This document shows positions 48,432-53,994 of a stretch of 53,994 nucleotides of DNA, one piece after another. The DNA comes from Chiloscyllium plagiosum (Eukaryota): NCBI RefSeq assembly GCF_004010195.1, contig NC_057718.1, forward strand, positions 73,144,713 to 73,198,706. The letters run 5' to 3'. Below the pieces are notes generated by a model, which was not told the origin of the DNA, did no database searches, and saw only the letters and a program-made list of their open reading frames with translations. Both the position numbers and the translations under genes were made by a program. Numbering within the stretch: position 1 is the first letter of the stretch; every line of letters begins with the position of its first letter.

Positions 48432-51400
48432 TGTTATGGAGATATTGGTGTACTGTAACTTTAAGGGAGTTAAAAGCTAGTAGTGACAGCACCAAGTATT
48501 CTCAATAAATACAATATAACATGTGGTCCAGCTACTGGGATAGCTAGGGTAGCTGTTTGCCTCAACACAAAAACAGATTCAAATTAGGCCAATCAGTTTA
48601 AATTATACCCCCCAAAAAAACTCCAATCAAGTTTGAATTTAGTATATTGACAATCGTAACAGCCATGACACAATCCGATGCTTTGGGAGTATAAGATTGG
48701 GGAAAATTGAACAGTTGGGAGGAGAATTACCAATCCAGCAGGTAGACACTGCCCGAAAAATAGCTCTCTTAATTAGACCTTTATCGATCTATAACCTGCA
48801 AAGCAGAAACCCAAGAAGAAGGAACACAGAGAAGAACCAAAAGCTGCCTGGTTTTGAGATAACAACTTTTGTTTTGGAAATCTTAAACGGGAGTTTTGTC
48901 GGACTAGTATTATAGAAGGGAAGGTAAAAGATAGGTTAGAGGAAGGAGTTTTAAATAGTTGTTAGTTAATTATTCTCTGTTATACTTTAAGAAATAAAGA
49001 TGTTAATTTTTACTTTAAACAGTTCTTGGCCTCTCAAAATTTCACAGATTACGGCATGGGATAAATCTTTTCTGTGTTGCTGCTTTTAAATTAGCAGGGG
49101 GATTTACCCCGTGTCATAACAATACTGATGAAAAATATTCATTTAGCGCTTCCCCTATCTCCTTGGACTCCATGCTCATCTTCCCACTACTACCCTTGTT
49201 GGCTCAAATCTTTCTCAAGTCATTCTTCTACTCCTCTTATACCTATAGAAAGCTTTAGGGTTTTCCTTGATCCTATCTGCCAATGACTTCTCATGTCCCC
49301 TCCTGGATCTTCTTAGCTCTCTCTTTTGGTCTTTCTTGGATATCCTGTAACTCTCAAGCGCCCTAATCTTTTTCTTCCTCTTGACAAGAGATTCAACTTC
49401 TTTAGTAAACCGCAGCTCCCTCACTCGACCACTTCCTCCCTGCCTGATAGATACATACTTGACAAGGACACACAGTAGCTGTTCTTTGCATAAGCTCCAC
49501 ATTTCAATTATGCCCCTTCCCAGCAGTTTGCTTCCCCATCCTATACATTATAAATCTTGCCTAATCACATCATAATTGCCTCTCCCCCAGCAATGTCTCT
49601 TGCCCTGTGATCTATATCTATCCCTTTCCATCGATAAAATAAACATAACCGAGTTGTGGTCACTATCACCAAAGTGCTCACCTACCTCCAAATCATTACC
49701 CAGTACCAAATCCAATGTAGCCTCGCCCCTTGTTGGCTTGCCTACATACTTTGTCAGGAAACCATCCTGCACACATTGGACAAAAGCTGACCCATCTAAA
49801 ACACTCGGACAGTAGTATTTCAAGGCAATATTTGGAAAGTTAAAGCCCCCATAACAACCAACCTGTTACTCTCGCTCCTATCCTGAATTATTTTTCCGAT
49901 CCTTTCCTTTAGATTTCTGGAACTATTCAGAGGTCTATAGAAAACTCCCAACAGGGTGACCTCTCCTTTCCTGTTTCTAATGTCAGCCCAATCTACCTCA
50001 GCAGACAAGTCCTAATATATCCTTTCCGCTACCGTAATGTTTTCGTTGACTAACAATGTCATACTTCCCTCTTTTCTTACCATCTTCTCTGTTCTTACTG
50101 AGACATCTAAATCCCAGAACCTGCAATAACCATTCCCATCCCTACTCTATCCATGCCTCTGAAATGGCCACATCAAAGTCCCAGGTAACATCCCACGCTG
50201 AAGTTCACCCACCTTATTCCGGATGCTCCTGGCGTTGCAGTAGAGACACTTCAAACCACCTTCCTGCCTGCCGGTGAACATTTGCAACCATGAAACCTCA
50301 TTTCTGACCTCACTGCTCTGAACTTCCTGGACACTGGAACTACAATTTGCGTTCCCATTCACCTGCTGAATTAGTTTAAACCTTCCTGAAGAGCATTAGC
50401 AATTATCCCCCCCAAGATATTGGTACCTCTCTGTTTCAGGTATAGACCAACCTGTTTGTAGAGGTCCCACATACCCCAGAATGAGCCCCAATTATCCAGA
50501 TATCTGAAATCCTCTCTCCTGCACCATCCCTTGTAGCCTTGCTAGCATGTGGCATGGGCAACAAACCAGAGATAACAACTCTGTTGGTTCTAGTACTAAG
50601 CTTCCATTCTACCTTCCTAAATTTCTGCCTTACATCCCATCCCACTTCCTACCTATGTCATTGATGCCTATGTAGGCCACGACTTGGGTCTGCATCCCCT
50701 TGCCCTCAAGGATCCAGAAAACATGATCCGAGACATCAAGAACCCTGACACCTGGAAGGCAACACACCAACCGTGAGTCTCTCTCATTCCCACAGAACAT
50801 CCTATCTGTCCCCCTAACTATGGTGTCCCCAATGACTAATGCTCTGCTCCTCTCCCTCCTTCCCTTCTGAGCAAAGGGACAGACTCTGTGCCAGAAACCT
50901 GTACCCCATGGCTTACCCCTGAGAAGTCAGCCACCCCCACCAACAGTATCCAAAACCGTAAATTTGATTTTATGGGGAATGGCCAGAAGGGTTCCCTGCA
51001 CTGCCTGTTGGTTCCCTTTCCGTCCCCTGACTGTAATCCATCTGCCTTTATCTCGCACCTGATGTGTGACTACCTCCTTGTAACTCCTCTCAATAAACCC
51101 TTCCGCCTCCTGAATGATCTGAAGTTCATCCAGCTCCAGCTCCCTAATGCAGTTTTTGAGGAGGATGTCAGCAGGGACGCTAGTGGTGATTCTTACCTCC
51201 CACATTCTGCAGGAAGGACATTCAACTGCCCTAACTGCCATTCCCACTATTCTAAATTCCCAAAAGTACTGGAGAAAACTAAAGAATAAAAAAAAGTTAC
51301 CTTACCAATCCGGCGCACAGAACTCTTTTTTGGGTTAGAGGAAGAAGATGAATGGGAGACACTACCTAAGTAGTGTTTCAGATAATGCAACCACCAAATA

Positions 51401-51679
51401 TCTGCTGTTTCCGCTCCTGCTCATTGTGCGCTCTGCCTATTCATGAGGCAAGTTTTAAAATCATGATTCACCTTCCCGTTAGACCCCTGGTCGATGCTCT
51501 TACTCTTCCAGCTGCTGAAATAAAAATAGAGGGCCCTGACCTCCAGATAAGTTTTTAAATCAGTGACTAACCTTCCTGTAAGCCCGCTGGTCGATGCGTC
51601 TGCTTTTCCTCTGAGTTCAGAACAGCATTCACTGTCTCTTAAAAATACAGTGCATGCCTTCAACCTCATAACAATGTCT

Positions 51680-53420
51680 CTATTCATTTAGAGTTCCCTA
51701 ATCTTGCCATCCTTATTTTTTATCCTTTCAGGAAAATGCTGATCCTACACTCTGTTTAATTGGCCCCTTAAAGACTCCACATGTCAAGGTGGATTTATGC
51801 TCAAATCACCCCAATCTACTTTTTCCAGTTCCTGCCTAATAGTGTTGTAATTAGCTTTTTCTCCACAGTTTATCAATTTCGCCTGAGGAAAGGTCTTATT
51901 CTTATGTACAAGTATCTTAAAACTTATGGAATTATAGTCACTGTTCCCAAAATGCTCCATCACTGAAACTACAATCACCAGGCTCATTCCCCAATTCAAG
52001 GTCTACCGCGACCCTTTCTCTTGTTGAGCTATCTATATATTATTTTAAGAAACCCTTTGGATGCACCTAACAAGTTCTGCCCATCTAAGCCCTGAGGGTG
52101 TCCCAGTCAATATTGAGGAAGTTAAAGTCACTACCACAAGAATATCACTGTTATTCTTACTATTTTTCATGATCTGCTTAGATATCTGTTCCTCTATCTC
52201 TTGCTGGCTGTTGGGAGACCCATTGTATAACTCCACCATAGTGACTGCATCTTTCTTATTCTTAAATTCTACCCACATGACCTCACTTGATGAGCCTTTC
52301 AAAATGTTCTCTCTTAGTATGCCTGTGACATTCTCCTTAATAACTAATGCAACTCCTTTACCCTTCTTTGCATCCCTCTCTATTGCACTTGAAACACCTA
52401 ATCCCTGGAACATTGAGCTGCCAATCCTGGCCTTTTCTCAATTAAGTTTCTGTATTAGCTACAGCATCATAGACCCATTCACTAATCCAGGCTCTAAGCT
52501 CATCTGCCTGACCTGTCAGCCTTTCCTCAATCACTCCAGATGCTGACTGACTGATCTGGTTCCTATCCACCTGCCACACCTCTACAGCCTCCTGAGTGAC
52601 ACTAGCAAAGCCTTCCTGTATTAATATTGGTGCCCCTCCAGTTTAGGTGAAAACTGTCCTTCTTAAGCAGTACCCACTTGCCCTGGAAAAGATTCCAATG
52701 ATCCAGATATCTGAAGCCCTCCCTTCAACACCAGCTCTTTATCTACACATTTGACTGTATTACCTTCATATTTCTGGCTTTGCTCATACATGGCACATGG
52801 AGTAATCCTGAGATTACGAACCTAGAGGTTCAACTTTCTACCTAACTCCCTAAATCCCCTTTGCCGGACTTTATGTCTCTTTCTGCCTATGTCATTGATA
52901 CCAATATGAGTCTCGACTTCTGATATCCTTAACTGTGGCACCAGGGAGGTTACACCATCCTGGATTCTTGTTACCAGTCACAGAAATACAGTGGCCTATC
53001 ATTGCTGCTCATCTACACTTTGATTTTCCCAGCTGTACAACAGACCTAAGTTGTTATCACTCATCTGGCTACTGCTGTTGCTTTTCCCTGAGAGACCGTT
53101 ACCCCCACGATAGTATCCAAGAAGGTGTATCTGTTGAAAGGGGAATGGCCACATGGGACTCCTGCACTGTCTGCTCACACTTACTAGTCTTCCTGGTAGT
53201 CACCCAAGACTTTTCTGCCTGTATAGCTCCTAATTGTGGTGTGTTCAGCTCACTAAACATGCTATTCACAATGTTCTTAGCATCATGGATGCTCCATATC
53301 AGGTCCGTCTGCAGCTCCAGCCACTCCACACAGCAAATAAGGAGTTGCAATGTCACCATGTTACACTGGAACTATCCCTGATTTTCCACATTTTGCAGAA
53401 GGTGCATTCCATATAGTGAT
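51680..53420 (-). mobile_element. Older CR1 5' part (ORF1 remnant and endonuclease)
   Basis: GKGVALVIKEN, SSEVMWVEFKNKK, EHFGNSDYNSI, WLELQTDLIWSIHDAKNIV. Confidence 0.8.
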
Positions 53421-53629
53421 ACTCCTCTAGCTTCCTTTGCATCTCCAGCAGTCTTATTGTGGTTAAGACTAGAGACTCAAAATCAATTTGAGTTCAGTTT
53501 GGGCCTGATCCCCAATAGTTCTCCCACTTGTTAGGGGCCTCAGCTGACACTGCATCCTTCAGGCGGTTCTGTAAAATGAACAGCAGCATGTACCCCAATA
53601 GAAGTTTGGTCTGGTTAAATAGCTATCTA

Positions 53630-53994
53630 GGGGGATCCAAGATGGCGGCGACCCAGTAAGACTGAGTCTATAGTGCTCCTCCCAAGACTTGGGCACAGTG
53701 GGTCACCTACCCCCTACCAAGCTCACCAAATCATTTATAAATCATTTATAATAGTTTAGTAACTCAATTAGTTGTGTAATATTACATTTAAGCAACTTTA
53801 TCCTAAGTTAAAATGACTAAAGGGAAGGGAGCCCGCAGCTCTCAGCAAGCAGGAACCCCTCCCCCACACTCTCCAGCTGCAGCAGAGGCGCCCACAGCCG
53901 CCCCGGGGGACTTACCAACAGTAGCAAGCCTTGCAGAAATGCTTTCCAAGCTTGACTCGAAGATCGATGCCTGTATCGTCGAATCCAGGAATCG
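53630..53994 (+). mobile_element. 5' end of an L1-type LINE, running off the window
   Basis: GGGGGATCCAAGATGGCGG start (G run plus YY1 motif), preceded by tt|aaatagctatcta; short 5' UTR then an open frame. Confidence 0.75.
53813..53994 (+). CDS. Putative L1 ORF1p N-terminus (partial)
   Basis: Stop-free from ATG 53813 to the window end: MTKGKGARSSQQAGTPPPHSPAAAEAPTAAPGDLPTVASLAEMLSKLDSKIDACIVESRN (basic start, then heptad-like). Confidence 0.65.
   Translation, partial: MTKGKGARSSQQAGTPPPHSPAAAEAPTAAPGDLPTVASLAEMLSKLDSKIDACIVESRN

Larger units (their letters stand above)
41969..49121 (+). mobile_element. Full-length decayed Gmr1-like Gypsy LTR retrotransposon
   Basis: LTRs 41969-42676 and 48432-49121; ATAC duplication (41965-41968, 49122-49125); PBS, PPT and domain order gag-PR-IN-RT-RH. 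Confidence 0.95.
39881..51640 (-). mobile_element. Near full-length CR1 (39881-41968 and 49122-51640) split by the LTR element
   Basis: ORF1 remnants AVECPSCRMWEV and RVVISGLLPMPHAS; ORF2 start LKCLYCNARSIRNKVGEL; RT and 3' tail at the left end. The two halves join across the ATAC duplication. Confidence 0.92.

Overview
Eukaryotic, almost entirely transposon-derived DNA. The repeat families (HE1-type V-SINEs, many CR1 LINEs, Penelope-like elements, Gmr1-type and K02A2.6-type Gypsy LTR elements, the 5' end of an L1) point to a cartilaginous fish, probably a shark; that assignment is inference. I cannot support any intact host gene. Nearly all listed ORFs are broken or antisense TE frames. The window is a deep nest of insertions. 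It includes a full-length but decayed Gmr1-like LTR retrotransposon (41969-49121, ATAC target duplication, tRNA-Pro PBS, PR-IN-RT-RH order) inside a CR1, related solo LTRs, and two Penelope copies with inverted termini. The most notable signals are: (1) about nine 35-230 bp non-coding insertions built from Penelope terminal sequence, most with a whole or partial minimal hammerhead ribozyme and 10-16 bp target-site duplications, some fold-back or capturing flanking DNA; (2) a non-repetitive island at 12.76-14.12 kb that reads on the minus strand like the decayed membrane-proximal end of a retroviral envelope gene followed by a second decayed ORF.
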